A DNA stretch of 64,000 bases from an uncultured Candidatus Saccharibacteria bacterium (GTDB lineage: Bacteria > Patescibacteriota > Minisyncoccia > Phycocordibacterales > DSPV01): the NCBI GenBank assembly GCA_964349135.1, contig CAYGFK010000004.1, positions 728-64,727 of the forward strand, given 5' to 3'. Within the stretch, counting starts at the first letter, position 1. Each line of letters starts with the position of its first letter. The position numbers and the translations under genes were made by a program. This document shows positions 1 through 9,047 of the stretch, piece after piece. The notes below the pieces were generated by a model. It did no database searches. It was not told the DNA's origin and saw only the letters and a list, made by a program, of their open reading frames with translations.

Positions 1-1
1 C

Positions 2-340
2 CGATTCGGTAAAGAGGTTGCCACCATGGTCAGTGATGTGACCGAGAAAAATCGTCAGCTTCCGTGGCTCAAGCGTAAGAAGATGGCTGTTGAGAATATC
101 AAAAATCTCCCGCATGCTTCACTGCTCGTTAAAGCGGCCGACACTATCGCCAATTGTACTGAGCTTCTCGCGGATTTCAGAAAGGAGGGCGATAGCACGT
201 TTCGGCGGTTTGAGGTGCCAAAAGACCAACTCATAGAGCACTATATCAATGTTATCGAAGCTATCATTGAGAAGTGGCCCCAACACCCTCTCCGTGATGA
301 CCTTGAATACCACCTCTCAGAGATTCGTGGAATGTACTGA
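2..340 (+). CDS. C-terminal fragment of a hypothetical protein (possibly HD-domain phosphohydrolase-like); gene starts upstream of window
   Basis: Reading frame is open from the window edge to the stop at 340. A hairpin with T-tract lies downstream. No confident family assignment by eye. Confidence 0.45.
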   Translation, partial: RFGKEVATMVSDVTEKNRQLPWLKRKKMAVENIKNLPHASLLVKAADTIANCTELLADFRKEGDSTFRRFEVPKDQLIEHYINVIEAIIEKWPQHPLRDDLEYHLSEIRGMY

Positions 341-421
341 GCCGGTTTACGTCCCTTCTCGAGGGGTATATACTGGACTCAGAGTAAGCTCCCTGTAGGA
401 GCCGGCTTAAATTCAAGTAAG

Positions 422-450
422 AGGTCCTGTCGCAAGACAGGACCTTTTCC
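422..450 (+). terminator. rho-independent terminator (aggtcctgtc-gcaa-gacaggacc + TTTTCC)
   Basis: Perfect 10-bp stem, 4-nt loop, T-run, located downstream of the CDS ending at 340. Confidence 0.6.
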
Positions 451-520
451 GTCACATTACCTTTGCAGTCTCGTCTTTTTTGATATACTGCCACTATAAT
501 CATCTTAACTATCTAGCCTT

Positions 521-1381
521 ATGAAAAAAGTAGCACTATTTCTCTCTTTTTCCGCACTAACGCTTGTTTTTCAGGCCCATGCCCATGATGGCGAAGTTCA
601 TGGTGTGGAACTCGCACAGACGTCGCTTCAGGTAGAGCCGATTAGAGCAGAGCTTCAGTTTGAGACGAAAATTGAAGATGATGGTTCGTCTAAGGGGAGC
701 GTTGAATACGAATGGAAAGTTGAAGAAGGTGAATCGGCAGCTGCGCCAGGTGTCGAGCCTGATGAAATAGATTTTATGAATACATCGGACGATTCAAGTG
801 TGGAGCGTGAGATGAAAGAGTCCGGTGAAAAAGGCGGTACGGAAGACATCAATATCGGGGTTGGAGAGTCTTCGCTTAAGGGAGGAATCAGTGTGGCGAC
901 AGGCGACGTCAACGGATTGACCGAAGAAGAGAAGCAGGAGTTTCTCTTGCGCGTGAAGGAGCACGTTGAAGTTCGTTCTGCGCAGGAGCTTGAGAATTTT
1001 GCGAAAGGGGTTCTTCTTGGAGATGAGAATATAGAGTCGGTGGAAATCGATGACGGGAAGATTGAGGTAAGGTACCGTATCTCCGCTAAGCTTTTTGGTT
1101 TCATCGAATCAGGTATTCCGGTTAGGGCAAGAGTCGAGAGCGATACGGAAAGTGAAGGGGCCGTCTCAGTTCGATTCCCATGGTATCGCTTCCTCTTTAG
1201 TATTCCCGATGAGGTTGGTAGAGATAATTTAGAGACGTCTCTTGGTACTGAGCTCTCCGGTATGGTATTTCTTGGCACTGAGAGCGGAGATACTCAGCGC
1301 GCACGAGTCCTTCAAACTATCAGTAACGTACTGAAGACGCGTCACGACACGGCCAAGAACTCAGTCAATAATATAAGATAA
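521..1381 (+). CDS. secreted acidic (Glu/Asp/Gly/Ser-rich) hypothetical protein with N-terminal signal peptide
   Basis: N-terminus MKKVALFLSFSALTLVFQAHA is a classic signal peptide, followed by a strongly acidic low-complexity region. A -10 TATAAT-like box lies upstream at about 493. Confidence 0.6.
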   Translation: MKKVALFLSFSALTLVFQAHAHDGEVHGVELAQTSLQVEPIRAELQFETKIEDDGSSKGSVEYEWKVEEGESAAAPGVEPDEIDFMNTSDDSSVEREMKESGEKGGTEDINIGVGESSLKGGISVATGDVNGLTEEEKQEFLLRVKEHVEVRSAQELENFAKGVLLGDENIESVEIDDGKIEVRYRISAKLFGFIESGIPVRARVESDTESEGAVSVRFPWYRFLFSIPDEVGRDNLETSLGTELSGMVFLGTESGDTQRARVLQTISNVLKTRHDTAKNSVNNIR

Positions 1382-1386
1382 CGATT

Positions 1387-1611
1387 ATGACGACAGCTCA
1401 CAAACGTCTCTATCGGAGTGAAACGAACAAGGTGTTCGCAGGTATCTGCGGAGGTCTAGGTGAATTTCTTGATGTCGACCCTGTTTTTATTCGGTTTCTT
1501 TGGGTATTACTCGTCGTATTTACAGGGTTTGTTCCCGGCATCATCGCATACGTAGTTGCGCTTTTTGTGATTCCTAAGGAAAAAGCTCGCATCATAGAGC
1601 ACAAAGCATAA
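1387..1611 (+). CDS. PspC-domain membrane protein
   Basis: RSxxNKVFAGICGGLGEFLDVDPVFIRFLWVLLV matches the PspC domain signature (G-x-C-x-G-L..DP..R), followed by a single TM helix. Confidence 0.8.
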   Translation: MTTAHKRLYRSETNKVFAGICGGLGEFLDVDPVFIRFLWVLLVVFTGFVPGIIAYVVALFVIPKEKARIIEHKA

Positions 1612-1613
1612 CT

Positions 1614-2795
1614 ATGAAGAAAATAATCACAATTGTTGTCAGTGTTATTGCCGTAGGATTTATTTGGTATGCGTTTCGAGGAGGTATGTTACAGCCCGAA
1701 CCGAAACAAGAGGTAGTTCTTGGGGGGGATAGTGCGAACGCAACCTATCGAATTGATGGTAAGGAGTACACATTAGAAAATGGGAGGGTTGAAGTGGAGG
1801 CCGTTTCCGGGTCAGCGTCTAAAACTACAGTCCAGCTATTTGGGAATGCGGTTTTGGGAGACTTAACTAATGACGGGTTAGATGACGAACTTGTTTTCTT
1901 AACGTCTGATGGCGGAGGTAGTGGCACCTTTTTCTATATGGTAGCAGCTATCAATACGGGTTCCGGTTATCAGGGGACAAATGCCGTATTGCTCGGTGAC
2001 CGTATCGCTCCACAAACGCTTGCCATAAAAAATGGTATTGCCATCGCAAATTTCGTTGACCGTGCATCTGACGAACCTATGGTTGTTGAGCCGACTATTG
2101 GCAAGTCGATTTATGCAACCGTATCCGGTACCGAACTCATTTCGGTAGGTGATTTCGCTTCCGGTGAACAAGTGATGCAGGGTTATCTTGTGTGGGGCGG
2201 TGAAACACGGTCGTTTCGTCCGTGTGGAGAGGCACAGCCTGAATACTGGCTTCATGGCACTTCACCAGCGCTCGGCGACATTCGTACTACCTATCAGACC
2301 CTTGTCACAGACGTAGAGCCGTCGGCCTATGCTCCGCTTTTTGCTACGGTCGTAGGTACTATCGTCGATGCCCCGGAGGATGGATTTGGTGCTGATTACG
2401 ACTATGCATTGAACGTTCGTTCCCTCGTGTCCTCATCGAGGATGGGGAACTGCAAGAGTGACCTCATCGTGCTTGACGAACCACTCGCCGGCGGAAGTGT
2501 CACCTCACCACTGGTTATATCAGGACGCGCAAGAGGGTCGTGGTTTTTTGAGGCGAGTTTCCCCATTTCGATTGTTGATTGGGATGGCAGGATTATCGCA
2601 GAGCACTATGCGACCGCAGAAGGAGAGTGGATGACGACTGATTTCGTGCCGTTTACAGCGACCATTGAGTTTGAATCTCCCGCAGGTACCGAATCATTTA
2701 TGAATCGTGGCTCGCTTATCCTCAAAAAAGATAATCCGTCCGGGCTTCCTGAGCATGACGATGCTCTTGAGATACCCATATACTTTGCTCAATAG
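1614..2795 (+). CDS. membrane-anchored protein with C-terminal Gmad2-type Ig-like domain
   Basis: N-terminal TM anchor. C-terminal ...ISGRARGSWFFEASFPISIVDWDGRIIAEHYATAEGEWMTTDFVPF matches the characteristic ARG-WFFE-SFP pattern of Gmad2 domains. Confidence 0.6.
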   Translation: MKKIITIVVSVIAVGFIWYAFRGGMLQPEPKQEVVLGGDSANATYRIDGKEYTLENGRVEVEAVSGSASKTTVQLFGNAVLGDLTNDGLDDELVFLTSDGGGSGTFFYMVAAINTGSGYQGTNAVLLGDRIAPQTLAIKNGIAIANFVDRASDEPMVVEPTIGKSIYATVSGTELISVGDFASGEQVMQGYLVWGGETRSFRPCGEAQPEYWLHGTSPALGDIRTTYQTLVTDVEPSAYAPLFATVVGTIVDAPEDGFGADYDYALNVRSLVSSSRMGNCKSDLIVLDEPLAGGSVTSPLVISGRARGSWFFEASFPISIVDWDGRIIAEHYATAEGEWMTTDFVPFTATIEFESPAGTESFMNRGSLILKKDNPSGLPEHDDALEIPIYFAQ

Positions 2796-2802
2796 GTAAA
2801 AG

Positions 2803-2842
2803 AAAAGGCGTTCGCTTGCAGATGCAAGCGAACGCCTTTTGT
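2803..2842. terminator. bidirectional rho-independent terminator (ggcgttcgcttgc / gcaagcgaacgcc) flanked by A-run and T-run
   Basis: 13-bp perfect stem between convergent genes ending at 2795 (+) and 2853 (-). Confidence 0.8.
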
Positions 2843-2852
2843 GTTGGAAGTA

Positions 2853-3416
2853 CTATAAGTCCAACCTCAGCTGTCCGTCATCTCCGCCGAAGGGAGCACA
2901 GACAATGAAGTCGATAACATCTCCTCGTTGAGTGAATACGTGCGACGCACCGATGTGCGCGATTTCCGCCTCTTGCAAGACGACGACTGTCCGCTCTTCA
3001 ATTTTCGGAGAGATGCGTAGGAAGAGCACGTCGCTTGAGAAGTCAGGAGGATATCCGTCAGCTATCCGTCCAAGCGGTTGCACGAAGGGTCTTTCGTGGG
3101 GCTCTTGGATTAAGAATCCTCCATGGATTACCGTTTGATACGAGGTTGTCACCCGTATGAGTTCGTATTGAGGTATCTCGGCCCTCGGTATGGTTGGGTA
3201 ATCTGTGTCGTAGACAATGATGTGGTCCGGCGCGAAGCAATTTAATTCTACGACACACCTTTTCTTCCCGAATTCCACTAATTTCGGATGCCATAGCTCT
3301 AGAGGTTCTCTGATTGCACCCTTACCGGTCATTTTTGCACGAAAGACTCCGTAGGGCGTGATGGTAGCTATGTTATTTCTGGCAGTTTTCCTGAGACTTG
3401 TTCGCAATGCTATCAT
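2853..3416 (-). CDS. hypothetical protein (187 aa from Met15 of the track ORF)
   Basis: An AAGGAG Shine-Dalgarno lies 7 nt upstream of the ATG encoding MIALRTSL. The long ORF is protein-like in composition. No family recognised. Confidence 0.55.
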   Translation of the reverse strand: MIALRTSLRKTARNNIATITPYGVFRAKMTGKGAIREPLELWHPKLVEFGKKRCVVELNCFAPDHIIVYDTDYPTIPRAEIPQYELIRVTTSYQTVIHGGFLIQEPHERPFVQPLGRIADGYPPDFSSDVLFLRISPKIEERTVVVLQEAEIAHIGASHVFTQRGDVIDFIVCAPFGGDDGQLRLDL

Positions 3417-3502
3417 GGTGCGCTCCTTTCGGTTGTTCTCATATGATATTTCCATCATTATTCTTTGTTGTCAATAGTTTCGATTTTGTTATTATATAAG
3501 AT

Positions 3503-3829
3503 ATGAAAATTGTTGTGGTTATTGTCGTTGCGGGAGGTATTATGTGGTACTTCGGATTTCACGGTCCGAATCCTATCTTTACCGACTACTCCGGTCAGGG
3601 CGGTTCCTTTATGGGGCGCCAAATTTGTACCAATCTTGTCCCTCAAAATCCGTACAATCCTCGTCTTGCACAATACAATGGATTTGAATGGGCAAGCCAA
3701 AACAAAAATAGTCGATGCCCGAGTGAGTCATCGTTCATCAAACAAGGGTGTGAAGAATACCATCGACAAGAAGCTATCTATGCAGAATGCACGAAAGACG
3801 ACCCGTATAAAGGTCTTAAGGGTCAGTAA
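3503..3829 (+). CDS. small membrane-anchored Cys-containing hypothetical protein
   Basis: N-terminal TM (KIVVVIVVAGGIMWYFGF), 4 Cys in the exported part, -10-like TATTATATAAG just upstream. Divergent from the 2853..3416 gene. Confidence 0.5.
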   Translation: MKIVVVIVVAGGIMWYFGFHGPNPIFTDYSGQGGSFMGRQICTNLVPQNPYNPRLAQYNGFEWASQNKNSRCPSESSFIKQGCEEYHRQEAIYAECTKDDPYKGLKGQ

Positions 3830-3831
3830 GA

Positions 3832-4509
3832 CTACTCTTTGAAATTCTCTTCTTCGACAACTCCTTTCGAGAGCTTGAGTGTTCGATGTGTCAGTGCGGC
3901 GTACTCCGGTTCGTGGGTGACCATGACAATAGTTTGACCGTCTTTGTTCAGCGAGAGAAAAGTATCAAGAACCGTTTGAGCGGTGGCACTGTCGAGGTTC
4001 GCGGTTGGCTCGTCGGCAAAAATAATCTTAGGGTCGTGGCCAATAGCGCGAGCGATGGAGACACGTTGCTGTTCTCCTCCTGATAACTGGCTCGGGAGAT
4101 TGTTGAATTTGTCGGCAAGTCCTATTCTCTCGAGCGCTTTTTTCGCTTTTTGTGTCGCCTCTTTCTTTTCAAGACCCAGCATGAGGAGAGGAATAATCAC
4201 GTTTTCGCCGGCGGTGAGTTCGGGGACAAGCGCATAATCTTGGAAGATGTAGCCGAGTTCGTTGAGTCGGAATGCGGTGCGCTCGGAAGGGTTTAATTTT
4301 GCAACGTCGACATTGTCGATGACAATTTCTCCACTGTCAGGGACGTCAAGCAGGCCGAGTTGGTAGAGGAGCGTACTTTTTCCTGAACCGGAACGTCCGG
4401 TGATGGAAAGAAACTCTCCTTTTTTCACCTCCATATCTAAGTCTTTTAGGACGACAAGCATTTCGTCTCCGGTTTTAAATGATTTTACGAGATTTCGTAC
4501 GTGTATCAT
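3832..4509 (-). CDS. ABC transporter ATP-binding protein (MacB/LolD-like)
   Basis: Walker [13 protein letters not shown] signature [14 protein letters not shown], Walker B IIFADEPT. Confidence 0.92.
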   Translation of the reverse strand: MIHVRNLVKSFKTGDEMLVVLKDLDMEVKKGEFLSITGRSGSGKSTLLYQLGLLDVPDSGEIVIDNVDVAKLNPSERTAFRLNELGYIFQDYALVPELTAGENVIIPLLMLGLEKKEATQKAKKALERIGLADKFNNLPSQLSGGEQQRVSIARAIGHDPKIIFADEPTANLDSATAQTVLDTFLSLNKDGQTIVMVTHEPEYAALTHRTLKLSKGVVEEENFKE

Positions 4510-4510
4510 G

Positions 4511-5863
4511 TTATCGTCCGAGAATAGCGTCTAAGGTGTTTTGTTTTGTCACGATGCGGGCGGGGATGTATCCTGCGGCGATGGTTGCAACCACGAGTAT
4601 AGCGACTCGGATGAGCGCACCTTCAACACTGACTGCAAGGATGCCGTCAGAGAACGGGAAGTTAATGGGGTGAGCAAGGAAATATGGTTCAAGCACGCCG
4701 AATACAATCAGCAGGCCAATTCCTGAGCCCGCAATCGCGTAGAGTAGCGATTGAATAATGTAGGCGACTTCGATTGAGGTGGAGCTAATCCCAATACCTT
4801 TAAGAATGCCGATGAATTTTCTCCGGGTGATGGCATTGATGAAGATGACAATGAATATGGTGATTGAGGCAACCACGACACCAATTGAACTGATAATGTT
4901 GCCGAGTGTCGCGAATGTCTTTTTCATATCTTTGATGAATTTAGGTTCGGCGTCGTCTCTTGTCTGGACGCGGGCGTAACGGTCTGCACCTGATGCAATG
5001 AGAGCATTCTTGATGGCAATAGGGTCAACACCTTTTTCAAGTACCACCATAATTTCATTCGCGTTGTAGTCGTAACGATTGATGAGGGAGCGGAACTGCG
5101 TATCGGTGAAGAAAACGCGGCGGTCGAGTTCGTCGACCTTACTTCGCACGATACCTTTGATACGTACGTCTCTTGTGCTCCCGCCAACTGAGATGCGCAC
5201 CTTGTCTCCAACTTGCACATCTTCAAGTGTTAGAAAGATGGGAGATTCGAAATCAAGAAATTCTTTAAGCAAGAGCGCGCCGATAAGAACTTGGTCGTAG
5301 TCATCCGGCTCAAGATATTCTCCTCGAATAAGGAGACTGGAAAGGCCGCTTGCGAGGTCCTCTTTAATAGGATTGATGCCGACAAATGATGTGCCGACAG
5401 CGCGTGACAGTTCTCCCGGTTTTCGTATTTCCTGGTAGTTTTCCTCGATGGTTCCTGATTCAAGGTAGCGGGGGTTCACGTATTTCACTCCCGGTAAGTT
5501 TTGTGCGGTACTTATGATGGTGGAGGTTTTTTCGATATACGGTCTCCCTTGTTTGGCGGAAATGAAGATATCACCGAGGTATCGAGTACCAACAGCCTGC
5601 ACGGCTCCCTCAAGTAGCCCGACAAGGACTCCGGAGACGACCACCATGTTGAGGAAGGTCAGGGTCATGATAAAGACAATGAGAAAGTTGGTCCAGATAT
5701 TGCTTCGTTTAACCTGCCGATAGGCAAGGAAAAAACCGACCGACAATGCGGTCGAGAGAGTCTGCTTTTTGGTGTAATCCTTTACGCGTTCAGGATTCAT
5801 GTATAGGCAATTGTATCGGTTTGTTCGAGAACTATCAATTATACGATATTTACCTTGTGTCAA
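4511..5863 (-). CDS. ABC transporter permease, FtsX/MacB-like (real start probably the ATG at 5800; the track start codon is TTG)
   Basis: N-terminal TM, large periplasmic domain and 3 C-terminal TM helices typical of FtsX-like permeases. Start overlaps the ATPase gene stop by 2 nt, consistent with an operon. Confidence 0.85.
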   Translation of the reverse strand: MTQGKYRIIDSSRTNRYNCLYMNPERVKDYTKKQTLSTALSVGFFLAYRQVKRSNIWTNFLIVFIMTLTFLNMVVVSGVLVGLLEGAVQAVGTRYLGDIFISAKQGRPYIEKTSTIISTAQNLPGVKYVNPRYLESGTIEENYQEIRKPGELSRAVGTSFVGINPIKEDLASGLSSLLIRGEYLEPDDYDQVLIGALLLKEFLDFESPIFLTLEDVQVGDKVRISVGGSTRDVRIKGIVRSKVDELDRRVFFTDTQFRSLINRYDYNANEIMVVLEKGVDPIAIKNALIASGADRYARVQTRDDAEPKFIKDMKKTFATLGNIISSIGVVVASITIFIVIFINAITRRKFIGILKGIGISSTSIEVAYIIQSLLYAIAGSGIGLLIVFGVLEPYFLAHPINFPFSDGILAVSVEGALIRVAILVVATIAAGYIPARIVTKQNTLDAILGR

Positions 5864-5953
5864 GGTAATGGAGCACGTACGCTAGCGTCTTCTCTAAGAG
5901 GCAGGTGCGATGTTGCACCTGCACTATAAGTAATCACCTATAATCAAGCTCAC

Positions 5954-6952
5954 ATGAAGAAGATAACGCTATTTATTATTATTGCTATGTTAGGACTTTC
6001 GTTGGCACCGGCGTTCAGTAGTGCATCCGGAAAATCCGAGAATAAGAAGTCGGGTGTCACGCAAGGTAAATCAGAAGAATATAAACAGAAAAGTAGGCAG
6101 GACAAAGAAGACCGCACTGAATCTGAGAAAAAATCAGGCAAGTATTCTGATGACGACCATGAGGGGGATGATGACGACGATGATGATGAGAACGAGCGTC
6201 ATCGCTTTTTCAAGAATCTCGTCGAGTGGGGAGGTTCAAAAGTCACTATCTGCCATAAGGGCAAGGTAACTATCTCTATCTCCGAGCGAGCTCTCAGGGC
6301 ACACCGTGCTCATGGTGATACCGATGGGCGTTGCACTGGGGGCGATAACGCGACCACAACTCCTCCGACCGTAGATGTAATTCCTCCAGTGATTACATCA
6401 GTGGCGGGTACCGTAGCCGTCAATGGTGCCGTGGTTTCCTGGACAACAAATGAACTCTCGACGTCGCGCGTATGGTATGCGACTTCATCGAATGTTGCGA
6501 CAGCAACTCCGCGCTTCGATGTGTCGAATAATGGCTTGGTCACGAGTCATACGCTAACGCTCGAAGGTCTCACGGCAAGCACCACGTACTTCTTTACCGT
6601 TTCTTCGGTGGATGCAAGCGGTAACAGCGCGACAAGTTCAACCTATTTCTTTAAGACGAATCCGTTGATTATATCTGGATTAAGTGCGACATCGAGCGCA
6701 AGCACAACGGCTTCAATCTCTTGGAATACAAACGATGAGACAAATGGAACGCTCTGGTACGCGACGTCCTCCCCGGTCATTAGTGCATTCACACCAGTGA
6801 TGATGAGTACCACGACGCTCTCAACATCACATACGTTTGCCCTTGAAAACCTTATTGCAAGTACCTCGTATTATTACTTCGTTATGTCTGCTGACCTCTT
6901 CGGGAATACGGCAACAAGTTCTGATGGAGTATTTGTAACGGGAACTGAATAG
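5954..6952 (+). CDS. secreted protein with poly-Asp tract and two fibronectin type III-like repeats
   Basis: Signal peptide MKKITLFIIIAMLGLSLAPAFSSA. Poly-Asp/Glu tract HEGDDDDDDDENERH. Two homologous about 90-aa repeats (SWTTNELSTSRVWYATSS...TTYFFTVSSVDASGN and SWNTNDETNGTLWYATSS...TSYYYFVMSADLFGN). Confidence 0.7.
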   Translation: MKKITLFIIIAMLGLSLAPAFSSASGKSENKKSGVTQGKSEEYKQKSRQDKEDRTESEKKSGKYSDDDHEGDDDDDDDENERHRFFKNLVEWGGSKVTICHKGKVTISISERALRAHRAHGDTDGRCTGGDNATTTPPTVDVIPPVITSVAGTVAVNGAVVSWTTNELSTSRVWYATSSNVATATPRFDVSNNGLVTSHTLTLEGLTASTTYFFTVSSVDASGNSATSSTYFFKTNPLIISGLSATSSASTTASISWNTNDETNGTLWYATSSPVISAFTPVMMSTTTLSTSHTFALENLIASTSYYYFVMSADLFGNTATSSDGVFVTGTE

Positions 6953-6963
6953 ACACGCTTACC

Positions 6964-6997
6964 AAAACGCTCTCCCTTACGGGGGAGCGTTTTTGCT
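6964..6997 (+). terminator. rho-independent terminator
   Basis: aaacgctctccc-ttac-gggggagcgttttt immediately after the stop at 6952. Confidence 0.75.
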
Positions 6998-7008
6998 ATA
7001 CTTACCAT

Positions 7009-7533
7009 ATGGCAACGACTGAGGTATCAAAGAGGAGATTGTTCGCACCCTATATCCGGAACTTTATCTTCGGCGTTGAAGATAGTCTTGTTTCGACGGT
7101 AGGGCTTTTATCTGGAGTCGCTATCGCTGGGGTACCTCGTAGCACCATTTTTCTTACAGGCGTTGTACTTATTTTTGTTGAAGCGTTTTCGATGGGGGCG
7201 GGGAGTTTTTTGTCAGAATCTTCAGCTGATGAATATATGAGCGGTAGGACGCAGGATGGGCGTTCATTCAAGCTCGGCACCCTCATGTTCGTGTCCTATT
7301 TTATAGCCGGATTTATTCCGCTTTTTCCTTATGTTTTGTTTGAAACTGCCGAAGCGTTTAGTATCTCAATCGTGTGTTCACTTGTCGCACTCTTTGTGCT
7401 CGGTCTTATCGGTGGGAGGGTAACTGGGCGTCATGTGGTGAAGCATGGAATACGAATGCTTGTTGTCGGAGGACTAGCCATTGGAGTCGGTATTCTTGCG
7501 GGCCAGATTGTTGGAGTCGTTACGTCTCTTTAA
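7009..7533 (+). CDS. VIT1/CCC1-family (DUF125) membrane transporter-like protein
   Basis: NFIFGVEDSLVSTVGLLSGVAIAG matches the VIT-family N-terminal motif. Multiple TM helices. Confidence 0.7.
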   Translation: MATTEVSKRRLFAPYIRNFIFGVEDSLVSTVGLLSGVAIAGVPRSTIFLTGVVLIFVEAFSMGAGSFLSESSADEYMSGRTQDGRSFKLGTLMFVSYFIAGFIPLFPYVLFETAEAFSISIVCSLVALFVLGLIGGRVTGRHVVKHGIRMLVVGGLAIGVGILAGQIVGVVTSL

Positions 7534-7551
7534 GTAGGGTGTGTCGCTAAC

Positions 7552-8076
7552 ATGATACGTAGGACCGAAAAAGGATTCAGTATTATTGAACTTCTCGTGG
7601 TCATTGCAATTATTGGTATTCTTTCCAGTATGACGCTCGCCACTTTTCAAAAAGCTAAAGGTAAGGCGTATTTTGGTCGGGCACAGGGGGAGTTTATGTC
7701 GATGGCTGATGCGCTTGAGTTATATAGAAACGAGAACGAAGGAACGTATCCGCCCGATGCGAACCGGCAAATCCCCCCAGGTCTCGAAGCGTATCTTGCG
7801 ACTGCCGACCAGTGGCCTAATGCGCCTTGGCCAGGAAGCGTGTATGACTGGGATAATTGGGTTGATTCGGACACGGAAGAAAGTATTTATCAAATCAGTA
7901 TTAGATTCTGTCCCGTGGGTGGACCCCTCTCGGCATGTAGTTTCCCCGATGAAGATTGGGCAGTTGGGTTCGGTGTGAACAGTGCGGTGTATTACTGCAT
8001 TGAGGGAGCATGTCGTGCACATATAAACGAATCAGTTGATTATCCGGGATATTGTGTGAATTGTGCAAACCAATAG
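7552..8076 (+). CDS. type IV pilin-like / pseudopilin (prepilin-type N-terminal cleavage/methylation domain)
   Basis: GFSIIELLVVIAIIGILSS is the canonical prepilin leader (G|F, Glu5) plus hydrophobic helix. C-terminal domain has several Cys. Confidence 0.85.
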   Translation: MIRRTEKGFSIIELLVVIAIIGILSSMTLATFQKAKGKAYFGRAQGEFMSMADALELYRNENEGTYPPDANRQIPPGLEAYLATADQWPNAPWPGSVYDWDNWVDSDTEESIYQISIRFCPVGGPLSACSFPDEDWAVGFGVNSAVYYCIEGACRAHINESVDYPGYCVNCANQ

Positions 8077-8136
8077 TGGCTACATGTGCTATGGTAAGTG
8101 TATCTTATAGGCCTAAGTTATATATTAATATCTACT

Positions 8137-8721
8137 ATGAACAACGATAAGGCATTGGTATGGGTAATAGTCGTCATTCTTTTTATTGGAGGCATTGTTT
8201 ATTTTTCAACGTCGAGTCCTTCGGGTGAAGAAGGGGTCTCCCAAGAAGTGTCGGATGAGGCAGTGACGCAAGAAAAGGTGTCCTCAAAAACTCCTTCTAC
8301 ACCGAAGACATCCGTGTCTTCGACGGGGGCTCAGAGCGGTTCTGCAACACTCGGAAATCTTCTTGCGCAGGGAGGGAATCGTGTGTGTACGTATTCTGAG
8401 ACGACACAGGTCGGACGGACTGACGCCAATGTCTATGTGTCCGGCGTACGAATGCATGCCGTGTATACGACGCATTTTAATGCTGGCGAGAAGGTAGAAA
8501 GCCACGTGCTCTATCTTGCGGGTATGGTGTATGGTTGGACATCTACCTCGGCACAAGGATATAAATCGCCTACGACGGCGTTAGAAGTTGGTTCGACACT
8601 TGGGTTTGCGGGTTCTGCGGGTTATGACTACAGTAGGGCTCTTCCGTACAACTGTCAGGGGTGGGGTGGTGACGCAACACTCTTCTCTATGCCAGCAGGC
8701 GTTGTCTTTACGAACATATAA
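8137..8721 (+). CDS. membrane-anchored hypothetical protein
   Basis: Signal-anchor MNNDKALVWVIVVILFIGGIVYF. Ser/Thr-rich linker. Terminator downstream. The track ORF extends to 8098. Confidence 0.5.
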   Translation: MNNDKALVWVIVVILFIGGIVYFSTSSPSGEEGVSQEVSDEAVTQEKVSSKTPSTPKTSVSSTGAQSGSATLGNLLAQGGNRVCTYSETTQVGRTDANVYVSGVRMHAVYTTHFNAGEKVESHVLYLAGMVYGWTSTSAQGYKSPTTALEVGSTLGFAGSAGYDYSRALPYNCQGWGGDATLFSMPAGVVFTNI

Positions 8722-8723
8722 TT

Positions 8724-8758
8724 AAAAAGCCGACGAGGTAACTCCTCGTCGGCTTTTT
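8724..8758 (+). terminator. rho-independent terminator
   Basis: aaaaagccgacgagg-taact-cctcgtcggcttttt. Confidence 0.8.
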
Positions 8759-8871
8759 GTATTGTGAATGTATAATTCAACGTCGTTGTAACATTTTAGA
8801 CGTACGTACGTGTTATACTATTTAAGTGGGAATAAGGTCGTTTTTTTATTTACCTTAACCTCTTACGCATT

Positions 8872-9003
8872 ATGGAAGAGAATCAGACCCCACAGAATAC
8901 CACCTGCTCAATGTGCGACCATCAGCACAAAGAAGACGGGACTTGTGATTGTGGTTGTAACGGCGCTCAAGAATCTACTTCGGAAGAAGGAGCTCAGGCA
9001 TAA
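8872..9003 (+). CDS. small Cys-rich peptide (43 aa: MEENQTPQNTTCSMCDHQHKEDGTCDCGCNGAQESTSEEGAQA), putative metal-binding
   Basis: Not in the ORF track, which has a 83-aa ORF in another frame instead. -10 boxes TGTATAAT and TGTTATACT lie upstream, and a strong hairpin with T-run (9016..9046) follows the stop. 5 Cys in a C-x2-C...C-x-C-x-C arrangement. Confidence 0.4.
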   Translation: MEENQTPQNTTCSMCDHQHKEDGTCDCGCNGAQESTSEEGAQA

Positions 9004-9015
9004 CGTATGGCACCA

Positions 9016-9046
9016 CAAAAAACCGCTCGTTTTCGAGCGGTTTTTT
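9016..9046. terminator. bidirectional rho-independent terminator
   Basis: aaaaaaccgctcg-tttt-cgagcggtttttt between the small ORF (+) and the convergent gene ending at 9048 (-). Confidence 0.8.
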
Positions 9047-9047
9047 G

